Assembly (NCBI GenBank): GCA_963804175.1
Contig: CAWDPD010000001.1
Span: 62,817-126,816, forward strand
Origin: an uncultured Candidatus Micrarchaeota archaeon
GTDB lineage: Archaea > Micrarchaeota > Micrarchaeia > Micrarchaeales > Micrarchaeaceae
DNA: 64,000 nt
Direction of reading: 5' to 3'
The position numbers were made by a program, and so were the translations under genes. This document shows, one piece after another, positions 18,035-27,694 of this stretch. Within the stretch, counting starts at the first letter, position 1, and the number at the start of each line of letters is the position of its first letter. The notes under the pieces were generated by a model, which was not told the DNA's origin, ran no database searches, and saw only the letters and a program-made list of their open reading frames with translations.

Positions 18035-18922
18035 TTACAGGTTTATTACCATTCCGTCCTTTGCCATTTCCGTGTTTCTGAATATGGCTTTTGACTCCTT
18101 TTCCAGTATGTCAGTAATCTTGTATCTTGCGCTCGGATGCGTGAGCACTAGCCTTCTCACCCTTGCTTTCCTTGCAATCTCCGCTGCTTCCACCGATGTT
18201 GAATGGTACCGTTTCTTTGCAAGAAATTGCTCTGAATCCGCATATGTTGATTCGTGTATGAATATGTCTGCGCCGTTTGCCGCTTTCAATGTCTCTTTTG
18301 TGGGCCTTGTATCAGTGGCGTATACTATTTTTCTTCCAACTACCTCCACAGTCACATCCCTTAGTTTTATAACTTTGCTGCCTATTTTTAATGATTTTTC
18401 CTTTAGCAGCCTGCCGAACTGCTGCCCCTTTATACCAAGCCTCTTTGCCTTCTGCTCAATGAATTTGAATCTTTCATTTTCCTTGAATATGAACCCGAAT
18501 GTGCTTGTGGTATGTAACAGCCTGAATGCGCTTATGCTGAAATCCCTTCCCTTGTACATTATTCCCGCACTTATCGGTTTTATTATTATCCTGTAGTTCA
18601 GAACGGCCTTGTCAAAATTTATCATGCTGTTTATCAGCTTTTCCCCCCCTTTTGGTATGAAAACCTCGAGCGGTGCCGTCCTGTTGTTAAGCGCCAATGT
18701 TCTTATGAGCCCCGCAAGCCCAAGCGTATGATCGCCATGGGTATGGGTAAGGAAAACCGCCTTTACCCTTGATATGTTGACAGAGAACTGCATCATCTGC
18801 CTTTGGGTGCCCTCTCCGCAATCGAACAGGAATATCTGTCCATTATGTTCTATTGCAATGCTTGGCAGGCCCCTGAACTTGGTCGGAGCAGATCCAGCAG
18901 TTCCCAGGAATGTTATGCGCAT
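18035..18922 (-). CDS. rnz: Ribonuclease Z (tRNA 3' endonuclease, metallo-beta-lactamase fold)
   Basis: The sequence reads MRITFLGTAGSAPT...FLFDCGEGTQRQM...VFLTHTHGDHTLGLAGL. Confidence 0.85.
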   Translation of the reverse strand: MRITFLGTAGSAPTKFRGLPSIAIEHNGQIFLFDCGEGTQRQMMQFSVNISRVKAVFLTHTHGDHTLGLAGLIRTLALNNRTAPLEVFIPKGGEKLINSMINFDKAVLNYRIIIKPISAGIMYKGRDFSISAFRLLHTTSTFGFIFKENERFKFIEQKAKRLGIKGQQFGRLLKEKSLKIGSKVIKLRDVTVEVVGRKIVYATDTRPTKETLKAANGADIFIHESTYADSEQFLAKKRYHSTSVEAAEIARKARVRRLVLTHPSARYKITDILEKESKAIFRNTEMAKDGMVINL

Positions 18923-20010
18923 TACTCCTCACCGTCTTTTGGTCTTATCTTTATACTCTTACTTTTCATGTTAATGCTTAATATCTCTATCTCTCTTGAA
19001 AGCGCCTGAAGCCCCTGCTTTGTCGCGTTTTTGTTTGACCTGATCGAATCTATTATTGTGTTTATCTCGTGCATGTGGTTTATTATGTAGTCCCCTATTT
19101 TTTTATTATCCTCTATCTCCTTTTCGATGCCCTTCAGGATCAATTGCTGCTTTTCTATGCTTGCTGTGGTCTTTTCCTCCTCCTCGTTCCTTTCGTCTCT
19201 TTTCAGCTCGAAGTTGCGATAGAAGAAATCAAGGCATTTTTCAAATGAATCAAAACCCTGCCTTTCCAGTTCAGAATATTTTGATATTTCGCATAGCGCG
19301 AAATTAACCACTGCCTCTCCCTTTTTGTAGACGATGAACTTGGGGTTTTCGCTGCATTCCCTCATCACCGCATCGAGGTTTTTGCGCAGTATCAGGTGTT
19401 TGCCTTTATCTATCTCTTTTAGCTTTGTCTTCGGGTCCAGATCCGATCTTTTTATCGCCTCCTCCGCGTAGATTGTGCCTATGTTTGCGCTCCTGTTAAG
19501 GTAATTTATTATTCTCTCGTCTTTGATTTCCCTTTCATCCTGTGCTGTGGTGTTTTGCGGCTGTTTGTATATGTTTCCAGGCCTTATTGACCTGTCCTTG
19601 AAATCATGCGTGTGGTACGCCAATTGGATGCTCATTGTTGAATCGGCAATTATCATATTGCCCTTTCCGAACATCTCTAATATCAGCCTCAATTCGGCGT
19701 TCGCCTTCTCCAATTCAATTACTATGATCCGGTCTTTGTTCAACTGGTTTACGCTCTTGATCCTTGCTCCGCCTATCCTTCTTCTTACGGCAATGGAGAA
19801 ATTTGAGGCGTCTTCCCTCACTTCTATGATATCTGTCCTGTTTATCGTGCACGGGATTATGCACTGGAGGTTAGCCTTCTCGCCCTTCCTGCTTATCCTG
19901 AGCCTGAACCTGTTGGCGCCAAGCTCATAGAACTGGTCTATGTAGAATCCCTCTATCTCCCCGAGCTCCTTTATTAGTTGCACAAGCTCAGGGGTGTACA
20001 GCTCTCGCAT
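18922..20010 (-). CDS. NFACT-family protein (RqcH/NEMF/FbpA-like), N-terminal domain plus coiled coil only
   Basis: The NFACT-N pattern is present: FSIAVRRRIGGARIKSVNQLNKDRIIVIELEKANAELRLILEMFGKGNMIIAD. The protein has 362 aa and ends where rnz starts. Confidence 0.6.
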   Translation of the reverse strand: MRELYTPELVQLIKELGEIEGFYIDQFYELGANRFRLRISRKGEKANLQCIIPCTINRTDIIEVREDASNFSIAVRRRIGGARIKSVNQLNKDRIIVIELEKANAELRLILEMFGKGNMIIADSTMSIQLAYHTHDFKDRSIRPGNIYKQPQNTTAQDEREIKDERIINYLNRSANIGTIYAEEAIKRSDLDPKTKLKEIDKGKHLILRKNLDAVMRECSENPKFIVYKKGEAVVNFALCEISKYSELERQGFDSFEKCLDFFYRNFELKRDERNEEEEKTTASIEKQQLILKGIEKEIEDNKKIGDYIINHMHEINTIIDSIRSNKNATKQGLQALSREIEILSINMKSKSIKIRPKDGEE

Positions 20011-20012
20011 GC

Positions 20013-20804
20013 TTATCGCAGTCTCTTCTTCTTGAGCCCCTCCTCCTTTGTTACCTTTGAGAAAAGGAGGGCCCTCTTGTAGGCTTTTGAGGCATCCTCG
20101 AATGCGGTGCCTATCTGCGCTATGTCACCGCCGCTTGAATAGGCATCCTTCAGTTCATCAACTGTCATGATGCCTCCAGCAACTATGTATGGAACGCTTA
20201 TCACGGATCTTACAGTCCTTATCATCTCCTTCGGCACAGGCCCATATCCCTGCAGTCTGGGGTTCGAGCCCGTATCTGTTATAATGAACCTGTTTCCAAG
20301 GTATTCGCCTGACATCGCAAGCGCAGCGGCTATTTTGGGCTTCTCCCTTGGCACGAAGTTGGCATCGCCTACCCATCCTACAGTTCCTCCTGGGTGCACT
20401 ATTATGTAGCCGACAGGCAGCGGCTCTATGTTGAACTTCCTTATTACTGGCGCAGCAAGCATCTGCGCCTGGGTTATCCAGTAGGGGTTCCTTGCGTTTA
20501 GCAGCGACATGAAGTATATCGCGTCAGCATACTTTGTTATCGTTGCTATGTTACCGGGAAAGAGTACAACAGGCACCTCTATCGATTCCTTTATGCTGCT
20601 TGCAACATGGTCTAGCATCTCCCCCTGCGCGCCTGTGCTTCCTCCCAAGAGGATCAGGTCCGCCCCCGCCTTTGCAAGTCCACGTGCGGTTTTTACTGCC
20701 TCTTCCTCGCTCTTGTAATCAACAGGGTCTATAAGACTGAAGAGCATCGCGCCCTTCGACTCCAGCATTTCGTGTATGTACAATTCAACTTTTCCAATTT
20801 TCAT
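20013..20804 (-). CDS. Geranylgeranylglyceryl phosphate (GGGP) synthase (PcrB family)
   Basis: The sequence reads GAMLFSLIDPVDY...AGADLILLGGSTG...PGNIATITKYADAIYFMSLLN...VAGGIMTVDE. Confidence 0.85.
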   Translation of the reverse strand: MKIGKVELYIHEMLESKGAMLFSLIDPVDYKSEEEAVKTARGLAKAGADLILLGGSTGAQGEMLDHVASSIKESIEVPVVLFPGNIATITKYADAIYFMSLLNARNPYWITQAQMLAAPVIRKFNIEPLPVGYIIVHPGGTVGWVGDANFVPREKPKIAAALAMSGEYLGNRFIITDTGSNPRLQGYGPVPKEMIRTVRSVISVPYIVAGGIMTVDELKDAYSSGGDIAQIGTAFEDASKAYKRALLFSKVTKEEGLKKKRLR

Positions 20805-20808
20805 GTGA

Positions 20809-21858
20809 TCATTCGCCCTGCCTCTTTAGGAATTCCTTGACCAGCGCCCTTGCGCCGGCATCAATATTTACTGATGGTCTGAATCTCATTTCCCTTTTGA
20901 TCTTGTCTATGCTTACTATTCTGTCGCTTGTGAGAAAGGAGAACTCATCCTCCGATATACCGCGCGTCCTGGCTCCTATCCTTGCAATTAAGGGATGTAT
21001 GTTTTTGCTTGGTGCGTCTACTCCTAGCAGTTTTGCTGCCCTTTTGAGCAGCTCCTTCTGCGTATGCGGCATGCCGTCAGTGAGGTTGTATACCTCATTG
21101 GTGCTCTTTTCCGTCTCCGCTACCCTCATCATGGCCTCGACAACGTCATTCACGTTTATAAGCGTCAGGTTGTTCTCCCCGTTGCCTACATACCTTAGCC
21201 TTTTCTCCCTTAACAATTTGAACACCTTCATGAAGCTGCTTTCGAAGCCGGGGCCGTAAACAACGCCTATGCGCAGTATTGTGTAGGAGAGCCTCCTGTT
21301 TGCCGCGGCGAATGCCTTTATGACCTGCTCGGCCATATACTTGCTCTCGCCGTAGGCGCCGCGCGGCTCTGGTTCTGAATCCTCTGTCAGTATCTCGCCT
21401 CTGCGCTTCTGCCCGTATACTGCTGTGCTGCTTGCGTATATGAAGCGCAGCCTCTGGTTCGGGTTTGCGTCGGCATAGGCCTGCAGCATGTTCTCCGTGC
21501 CTATCACGTTCGTGTTTATTATCAGGTTTGTCTCTACCTTCTCCTTTGAGTACCTGTCGCGGTAGTGGCGCGTGGCCGCGGCCAGGTGGAATAATAGCCT
21601 TACGCCCTTGCTGGCATCCATAAGCACCTTCCTTGTTGCATCATCGGTTGATTTTATATCAGCAACGTATATCTTGACGCCGCTGGGCAGGTCCTTCCAT
21701 TCCACGTGCTCCCTGGGGTATTTCCTTAGTACCACCCTAACCTCGTATTTTCTCGCCAGTAACCTCTCGATAAGCAATCGTCCTATTCCGCTGGTGGCGC
21801 CAGTTACAAGCACCGTACCATTGCCTTTATCCTGCCTTTGCGCCCTCGTTTTTGACAT
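20809..21858 (-). CDS. NAD-dependent epimerase/dehydratase (extended SDR)
   Basis: The protein has VLVTGATSGIGRLLIERLL (Rossmann GxxGxxG) and YGESKYMAEQ (YxxxK). The start is taken at Met-14 of the tracked ORF, which still overlaps the upstream gene's end. Confidence 0.8.
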   Translation of the reverse strand: MSKTRAQRQDKGNGTVLVTGATSGIGRLLIERLLARKYEVRVVLRKYPREHVEWKDLPSGVKIYVADIKSTDDATRKVLMDASKGVRLLFHLAAATRHYRDRYSKEKVETNLIINTNVIGTENMLQAYADANPNQRLRFIYASSTAVYGQKRRGEILTEDSEPEPRGAYGESKYMAEQVIKAFAAANRRLSYTILRIGVVYGPGFESSFMKVFKLLREKRLRYVGNGENNLTLINVNDVVEAMMRVAETEKSTNEVYNLTDGMPHTQKELLKRAAKLLGVDAPSKNIHPLIARIGARTRGISEDEFSFLTSDRIVSIDKIKREMRFRPSVNIDAGARALVKEFLKRQGE

Positions 21859-22741
21859 TAGAACCAACACCAGATCTCTCGCCATTGAGCAATGCAACCG
21901 CGATATTCCTTACCCTTCCTTCAGCAAGCCTGTTTATGAAGTATGGAATCCAGTCCTTTCCATAAGGCACATACACGCTGAGGTTGAGCTTTCCCTTTTG
22001 GAGCACGTTCAGCTTTCTATTGCTGTAGCCTAATGGTATCTCAAATATTAAATTCCTTTTGTAGTCCTTGTTCGATGAAATTATCCTATTTATAAGCTTT
22101 GGGTCTGTTTCGAGAAGGGTAAGGCTTATGCCCCTGCCCATGAGCGCGTCCACGTATTCCTTGTAGAGCTTGAATCTGTCGGCCTTCTCCTTGTGCTTTT
22201 CCTTCGGATTCTCCTGCATTGGGGCCATGAGCTTTATTATGTCGCCGTTTGATATCATCCTTTTTAGGCCATTTGTGCTGGCGTACGGGTCGGGCCTTAG
22301 TTCCACGCCAAGGCTGCTGCACTGGGGCTTGAACTTCCTGTATATGGGCATTATGTCATCGTTCCCAGGCTGTATCTCCCTCTCTATCCATAGCCTTTGG
22401 TTGCAGGAGTTTGCGACATCGATTATGCTTTTGAGGTTCCTCTCAAGCATAGAGCCGTCCACGCCGTTGCCTATCTGGCTCATCCTTATCGATACGTCTG
22501 AATTAAGGTGCAGCCTTGAGAGCTGCCTTATGAACTGCGCATATGCGTTGGTGTTGTACTTTGCCTTTGTCTGGTCGTCAACATGATCGTTGAGAAGCGT
22601 TACGGTAGTGTGGAAGCCTTTGTTGTTCAGGTCCCTGACCACGTTGAGTACAGCGCCGCTTGTGGATCCGGCAATGTGCTTTTTCACCAATCTGAATACA
22701 AGTTTTTTTATGATATTGCTTTGCATTTCCAAATATACCAC
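21827..22741 (-). CDS. Proline dehydrogenase-like protein
   Basis: The C-terminal pattern LSVYVPYGKDWIPYFINRLAEGRVRN resembles the PRODH signature vPyG..w.pYl.RRlaE...N. The family assignment is from memory. Confidence 0.5.
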   Translation of the reverse strand: MVYLEMQSNIIKKLVFRLVKKHIAGSTSGAVLNVVRDLNNKGFHTTVTLLNDHVDDQTKAKYNTNAYAQFIRQLSRLHLNSDVSIRMSQIGNGVDGSMLERNLKSIIDVANSCNQRLWIEREIQPGNDDIMPIYRKFKPQCSSLGVELRPDPYASTNGLKRMISNGDIIKLMAPMQENPKEKHKEKADRFKLYKEYVDALMGRGISLTLLETDPKLINRIISSNKDYKRNLIFEIPLGYSNRKLNVLQKGKLNLSVYVPYGKDWIPYFINRLAEGRVRNIAVALLNGERSGVGSNVKNEGAKAG

Positions 22742-22850
22742 TCAGGCTGAAAATTGAAGGGCATACGATAGGTTAGGTCGTGTAAATCTGACACTAGAGC
22801 CTTTTCATTATATATTTAATAACTTATCTATTCTTTTACTTTATGCAGTA

Positions 22851-23261
22851 GTGGTATTCATGGTAAAAGATATAAAGGACATGTCCCTTGACAGCCTTTT
22901 CGGCAAGCTCCACGGGCTCATGGTCAACCTTGTAAAGGATGTTGACAGCGTGATTGAGGACAACAAGGAGATGAGCATGAAGAGCATAAGGGACATAAGG
23001 GACCACATAAACTACAAGCTGAGCAAAAAGGAGGAGATATACGAGAATGAGAAGCTGCTGAAGATGCTCAACCTGCTTTCAGAGGACAAGGCCGTGCTGG
23101 AGATAATAAAGGAGGACGCCGAGGAATGGGTTGACCTCCTCAACGCCATCGAGCAGAGCATAGGCCAGGGCGGTGGAACCCTGAAAAAGAACGAGGAGAA
23201 TGAGATAAAGGAGATAAACAGGCTAACAGGCGAGATAAAAAGCCTGATAAGGAAGGATTAG
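22851..23261 (+). CDS. Hypothetical coiled-coil protein (136 aa)
   Basis: The protein is all-helical and rich in charged heptad-like sequence. No family was recognised. Confidence 0.45.
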   Translation: MVFMVKDIKDMSLDSLFGKLHGLMVNLVKDVDSVIEDNKEMSMKSIRDIRDHINYKLSKKEEIYENEKLLKMLNLLSEDKAVLEIIKEDAEEWVDLLNAIEQSIGQGGGTLKKNEENEIKEINRLTGEIKSLIRKD

Positions 23262-23285
23262 CAATGAGTATCTTATCTTTAGCCA

Positions 23286-24986
23286 CTAATTGACGTCTTC
23301 CTTTTTGGATGGGCCTGGCGCAGGTGGAGGCGATATCTTGCTCCTCTTTGATGTGGTCTCCTGGTCCTCCTCATGTATTCTGCGTTGCCTGTACAGGCCC
23401 ATTGAAGTGTAATACATGTAGATCCACATATCCGCATCCCCGGAATAATCCCTGCTTTCTGCGGGCTTGTTTAGGTTCCTTACAAGCCTCTCGTTCATCT
23501 TGACGTAGTAGTTGTAGAAATTGACCAGGGCCAGCCTGTCCTCGCGGTTTTCGCTCTCCGATTTTATTATCTGCTTTATCATTTCCTCGTTTTTCTTCAT
23601 AATCTGCGCAGGTGTAAGGCCCTTCTCATCATCATCCAACTGCCTATTTAGCGCTATGCCGCGCCTTATTCTCTCATTTTCAATCATTAATTCCGGCAGG
23701 TACTTATTATTGGTAAACACCCCGACCAGCTCATACGTGTAGTAATTCACATGATGCCCGAGGCATTCCCTTGCAACATTCATGGCGTCTCCAGAGAGCC
23801 TCACGTTGCTCGTCCTTTGCAGAAGGTCAGGTTTAAGGTCCTCATCTATTGTATTGGTCTTCTTCAGCCATATGACATTTATCCCTCTCCAGAGCTCCAC
23901 TGCAGCCTTCATCGAGCTTGTCCTGTCGACCTCGCTTATCAGCGACTCTATCCTTGCCTTTTGTTCTTTGCTGATGCTGCCTTCAGCCCAGGTGAGAAGG
24001 CCATTGCCCGCATATGCCCCTGTTGATTTTATTTTTGTGCCGTAATAGTAGTCCTTTACCTCATCAACCCAGTCTCTGTCAAGTCTCCTGAGCCCTGGGA
24101 CCTTGGTTTTCCTGTAGATTTTCCCCTGCTCCGGGACCTCGGCAAAGGTCTCTCTATCATGCTCCTCGATTTTCTTTTCTTTCCTGTTTTGCCTCTCCTG
24201 CTTAGAATCATGGGTTTTTGTGTCTGAATCGCTATCAGTTGATCGTGAATCTGTCTCTCTGGATGATGGTTTTGGCCTTGGCCCGTACCTTACTATGTTA
24301 TCTTCATTCAAGCTGTCCAGGAATTCCTTGCCTGCCAATGTTCCTTTCCTGTTGGTTTTATCGCTTATAATATCAAAGGCTTTTTCATAAACCACCATCT
24401 TTATCTTGTTGGCAGAGAGATCTCTAAGTTCATTTCCGAGCTTTTCAATGTTTATCTTGTCTAGCTTTTTGATTATCTCCTCGTATTGCTCGTCAATGCT
24501 CCTTGCCAATGTTGTCGCCTGCCCTACAAAATATCTTGCTCTTTGAATCTTGGAACTGGATGCTGAGTGTTGGACTTTTACCAGATACACCCTCACATCG
24601 TCCACTAGGTCTTCAACCTTTCCCGCCTCGCTTTTTCTGTTCAGGAACGTGTTGTTAAATAGCCTGATTCCGCTTCTTGCTTCCTTCATTTCGTCGAATA
24701 TATCATTATGGAACTTCCCCTGCTTCTCGTGATTAAATGACCCTGCGAGTTGCTTGACATCCTTTAGGGCCTTATCTTTTCCCTTGCCAATAGATTCAGA
24801 ATACATGTTAGCTAGCTTTCCTATTTTTAAAAAGCGCTCTTTATCATCTTTGATGTATGATGCAAAAGAATTCAGGAAATCGTGTGCCTTGGACAGATTG
24901 TCCTCTACTTTGGATCCCTTCTCCTTTGCTATGTCTGCGAATTTTTCTCCCTTTCCTCTCGCCCTTGATCTTAGCAGCTTTTCCAT
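23286..24986 (-). CDS. Hypothetical protein (566 aa): helical N-half, disordered Ser/Asp/Lys linker, globular C-half
   Basis: The ORF is long and uninterrupted with no TM segment. No family was recognised by eye. Confidence 0.6.
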   Translation of the reverse strand: MEKLLRSRARGKGEKFADIAKEKGSKVEDNLSKAHDFLNSFASYIKDDKERFLKIGKLANMYSESIGKGKDKALKDVKQLAGSFNHEKQGKFHNDIFDEMKEARSGIRLFNNTFLNRKSEAGKVEDLVDDVRVYLVKVQHSASSSKIQRARYFVGQATTLARSIDEQYEEIIKKLDKINIEKLGNELRDLSANKIKMVVYEKAFDIISDKTNRKGTLAGKEFLDSLNEDNIVRYGPRPKPSSRETDSRSTDSDSDTKTHDSKQERQNRKEKKIEEHDRETFAEVPEQGKIYRKTKVPGLRRLDRDWVDEVKDYYYGTKIKSTGAYAGNGLLTWAEGSISKEQKARIESLISEVDRTSSMKAAVELWRGINVIWLKKTNTIDEDLKPDLLQRTSNVRLSGDAMNVARECLGHHVNYYTYELVGVFTNNKYLPELMIENERIRRGIALNRQLDDDEKGLTPAQIMKKNEEMIKQIIKSESENREDRLALVNFYNYYVKMNERLVRNLNKPAESRDYSGDADMWIYMYYTSMGLYRQRRIHEEDQETTSKRSKISPPPAPGPSKKEDVN

Positions 24987-25029
24987 ATTTATCCTGCATC
25001 GTTCTAGATATAAAAAGCTTTAGTTGTAT

Positions 25030-25710
25030 TTAAATTGCCTGCTGTTTGCCATTTTTTATGCCCAGATTGCACATATTTCTCAAAGGGCATCCGCCGCAAA
25101 GAGGTTTTGTTTTCTTGCAATAGCTTTTGCCGAGCTCGACGAACTGCGCGTGGAAATCTTTGTATAGTCTCAGATTGCTGCCTATCCTTTCCTCAAAATA
25201 TGATTTTAGTTTGACATAGCCTATGTTTTCATCTATGTTTGGATTTATCCTGCTCATCGCCCTTTTGGTGTACGAGTCTATTACAAATTCGGGCTTGTTT
25301 GCAGCGTATAAAACAATGGAATCGGCGGTCTCATTACCTATTCCGTTGTATGATAGAAGCAGCCTGCGAAGCCTGTCCTTTTGAATACTGAACAGCCCCT
25401 CCAGACTTCCGTGCTCCCTGATTATCGCATTGCAGAGCCCTTTCAGCCTTTTTGCCTTCTGCCTATAATAGCCGCTTGGCCTTATCAATGATTGGAGCCT
25501 CCTTGCAGGCATTCTTGCTATCTTCCTGATATCTAAAGAATCTGCACTTTTGAGGCCTGCAATTGCCTTTTCAACATTCTTCCAAGTTGTCTGCTGCGTG
25601 AGTATTGCACCCACGAATATCTCAAAAGGTGTATCGCCAGGCCACCAGTTAAGGAAGCCGAAATGCTTCCTGAGCTTTTTGTATATAACAAGAGGCTCTG
25701 GAGCACTCAC
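25030..25710 (-). CDS. Endonuclease III-related HhH-GPD base-excision repair protein with an Fe-S cluster loop
   Basis: The motifs are FEIFVGAILTQQTTWKNVEKAI, GIGNETADSIVLYA and C-terminal CKKTKPLCGGCPLRNMC. Confidence 0.8.
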   Translation of the reverse strand: MSAPEPLVIYKKLRKHFGFLNWWPGDTPFEIFVGAILTQQTTWKNVEKAIAGLKSADSLDIRKIARMPARRLQSLIRPSGYYRQKAKRLKGLCNAIIREHGSLEGLFSIQKDRLRRLLLSYNGIGNETADSIVLYAANKPEFVIDSYTKRAMSRINPNIDENIGYVKLKSYFEERIGSNLRLYKDFHAQFVELGKSYCKKTKPLCGGCPLRNMCNLGIKNGKQQAI

Positions 25711-25718
25711 TCAGGCAC

Positions 25719-26186
25719 CTAGAGCTTCAGTTCTCCTGTTTTTATTTTCTTTATCACTGCCCTTGGGTCCTCGCCGTCGCAGGTCACTCCCATGCTCTTG
25801 CATGTTCCAAGTATCTGGTCGATGCGCTGGCCAAGAGTGTTGCCGTATAATTTGCCCTCCTTTGACTTTGCAATGCCTTTTAATTGGTCCATTGTTATGT
25901 TGCCCACTATCTCGCCCTTTGCCTTTGCGCCTGTCTGGATGCCAACTTCCTTTAGTATGAGCGCGCTTGTTGGTGGTGCTCCCACTTCCACCCTATAGGC
26001 CTTTGAGGAGCTGTCTACGTGCACCTTTACAGGTATCTTTATGCCAACATACTGCTTTGTCTTGTCGTTTATTTCAGCGATTATCGCGTTTATGTTTACC
26101 CCTAGCGGTCCAAGTGCAGGCCCGAACGGAGGCCCGGAGGTTGCCTTGCCGCCCTCGACCAGTCCTGCTATTGTTATTTCTGCCAT
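25719..26186 (-). CDS. rpl11: 50S ribosomal protein L11 (uL11)
   Basis: The sequence reads GGKATSGPPFGPALGPLGVNINAIIAEINDKT... Confidence 0.9.
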   Translation of the reverse strand: MAEITIAGLVEGGKATSGPPFGPALGPLGVNINAIIAEINDKTKQYVGIKIPVKVHVDSSSKAYRVEVGAPPTSALILKEVGIQTGAKAKGEIVGNITMDQLKGIAKSKEGKLYGNTLGQRIDQILGTCKSMGVTCDGEDPRAVIKKIKTGELKL

Positions 26187-26190
26187 TTTA

Positions 26191-26637
26191 TCATGCCTTG
26201 CTTGCCTTTTGTATTACCTTTGCAGTGTTCATCTTTGTAGTTATAGGTATCGGTACGACAACATCCTGAAGCTCTACAGTTATGTCATCCTTGAGGTCGT
26301 CCACCTTGAGCACCTTTGCCTTGTAGCCCTTGAATGGTCCTGTTGTAAATTCCACGGTGTCCCCTTTCTCTATTCCAACCGCATGGCTCCTTACCTCTAT
26401 GAGCTTGTTTACCTCCTCCTCGCTTAGGGACTTTGGAAGGACGCCACGTATGCTTCTTCCTTTTGTGACGAACTGCCTTGCCGAGACCTCGTCCTCTGCC
26501 TCCATTATTATGTATCCGCGCACCCCCTCTACGACTATAATTGAATATATAGGCAAATCGGTTTTGGATACCTTGTTCTGCAGTATGTTTGCTGCGATGC
26601 GCTCCTGACCTGATGTTACCTTCACTACAAAGTACAA
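26191..26637 (-). CDS. spt5: Transcription elongation factor Spt5 (archaeal NusG)
   Basis: The NGN domain is MYFVVKVTSGQERIAANIL...GYIIMEA and the KOW domain is GDTVEFTTGPFKGYKAKVLKV. The gene lies directly upstream of L11. Confidence 0.85.
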   Translation of the reverse strand: MYFVVKVTSGQERIAANILQNKVSKTDLPIYSIIVVEGVRGYIIMEAEDEVSARQFVTKGRSIRGVLPKSLSEEEVNKLIEVRSHAVGIEKGDTVEFTTGPFKGYKAKVLKVDDLKDDITVELQDVVVPIPITTKMNTAKVIQKASKA

Positions 26638-26753
26638 CTAAACCACTTAAAATCCTTTAAACCAATTGTATTAGCATAGCCGGAGCTATGTGGGTTTATA
26701 ACAATAAATATTATACATGCAATACTATAAAGCTTTTGATTGATCGTGAATGC

Positions 26754-27614
26754 ATGGCAAATGGGAACAGGTCTAAGAAAGGCAGGAATACGTCATACGA
26801 GAAAAGGATAGAGGATGCAATAGGCAGAAAGGAGTTCGGAAAGCTCTCAAGGGGCTATGACCTGATGGGCGACATAGCCGTAATAGAATTTAGGGGCAGC
26901 AAAAGCAGCGAGAAAAAATTGGCAAATATACTCATCGAGACCAACAGCAGCATAAAAACCGTTCTCGCAAAAGTCGGAGGCGTCACAGGCAAGTACAGGA
27001 TCAGGAAGCTGAGGTATGTGGCAGGGAGAAGAAATTTCGTGGCAAATTACAGGGAGAACAACTGCAGCTTCAGGTTTGATGTGAGAAAGGTCTATTTCTC
27101 TAATAGGCTATCCTTCGAGAGGTCAAGAATACTAAACCTCGTGAAGGAAGGGGAGAGCATCGTGGTGATGTTTGGGGGGGTAGGGCCCTTCGCGATAGAG
27201 ATAGCAAAAAGAATAAAGGACGCAAAGGTAGTCGCAATCGAACTAAACAAGTTCGGGTACAGGTACATGCTTGAGAACATAGAGCTTAACAAAACGCATA
27301 ATGTGGAGGCAGTGCTTGGGGACGTAAAGAAGGTTTCCGGCAGGTACGGCAACCTCGCAGACAGGATAATAATGCCGTTGCCGAGGTCGAGCCTTGACTT
27401 TCTGGATGAGGCTTACAGGATGGCTAGAAAACGTGCAGTGGTGCACCTTTATGCCTTCTCCGGCTTGGACAACCCTTTCAATGACGTATATGAAAAGGTA
27501 AAGGAACACTCCAAAATGAATAAATACAGGACAAGGCTGCTGCACAAGCGGGTAGTAAGGCCGTATTCGCCGACAGAATCTGAGATTGTCCTTGATTACA
27601 TGATAATGAAATAG
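26754..27614 (+). CDS. Trm5/Taw2-family class I SAM methyltransferase (tRNA m1G37 or wyosine pathway)
   Basis: The Met-10+ like pattern is GDIAVIEF...YVAGRRNF...FRFDVRKVYFSNRLSFER...VVMFGGVGPFAIEIAK. The start is at ATG 26754. Confidence 0.7.
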   Translation: MANGNRSKKGRNTSYEKRIEDAIGRKEFGKLSRGYDLMGDIAVIEFRGSKSSEKKLANILIETNSSIKTVLAKVGGVTGKYRIRKLRYVAGRRNFVANYRENNCSFRFDVRKVYFSNRLSFERSRILNLVKEGESIVVMFGGVGPFAIEIAKRIKDAKVVAIELNKFGYRYMLENIELNKTHNVEAVLGDVKKVSGRYGNLADRIIMPLPRSSLDFLDEAYRMARKRAVVHLYAFSGLDNPFNDVYEKVKEHSKMNKYRTRLLHKRVVRPYSPTESEIVLDYMIMK

Positions 27615-27694
27615 GTATGCCGCAAAAATGCATTACTTCTCTTTATCCGCGCCTGACCCGCATCTATAAATAGATAATCTTTGCATAAATTACG

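Noticed and set aside
21827-21897. There is a 30-70-nt overlap between the 3' end of the proline-dehydrogenase-like gene and the 5' end of the epimerase gene. This could be a sign of another frame break or of recoding.
   Set aside because: Both proteins look complete around the overlap, and an internal Met (21858) shortens it. Short same-strand overlaps are common in compact genomes.
23650-24150. There is a possible ADP-ribosyltransferase-like R ... S ... ExE spacing (ELWRG, TSN, IENE) in the C-terminal domain of the 566-aa orphan.
   Set aside because: The motifs are short and degenerate and were found by eye only, with no surrounding beta-strand pattern I could verify. This is too weak to call without profile or structure searches.
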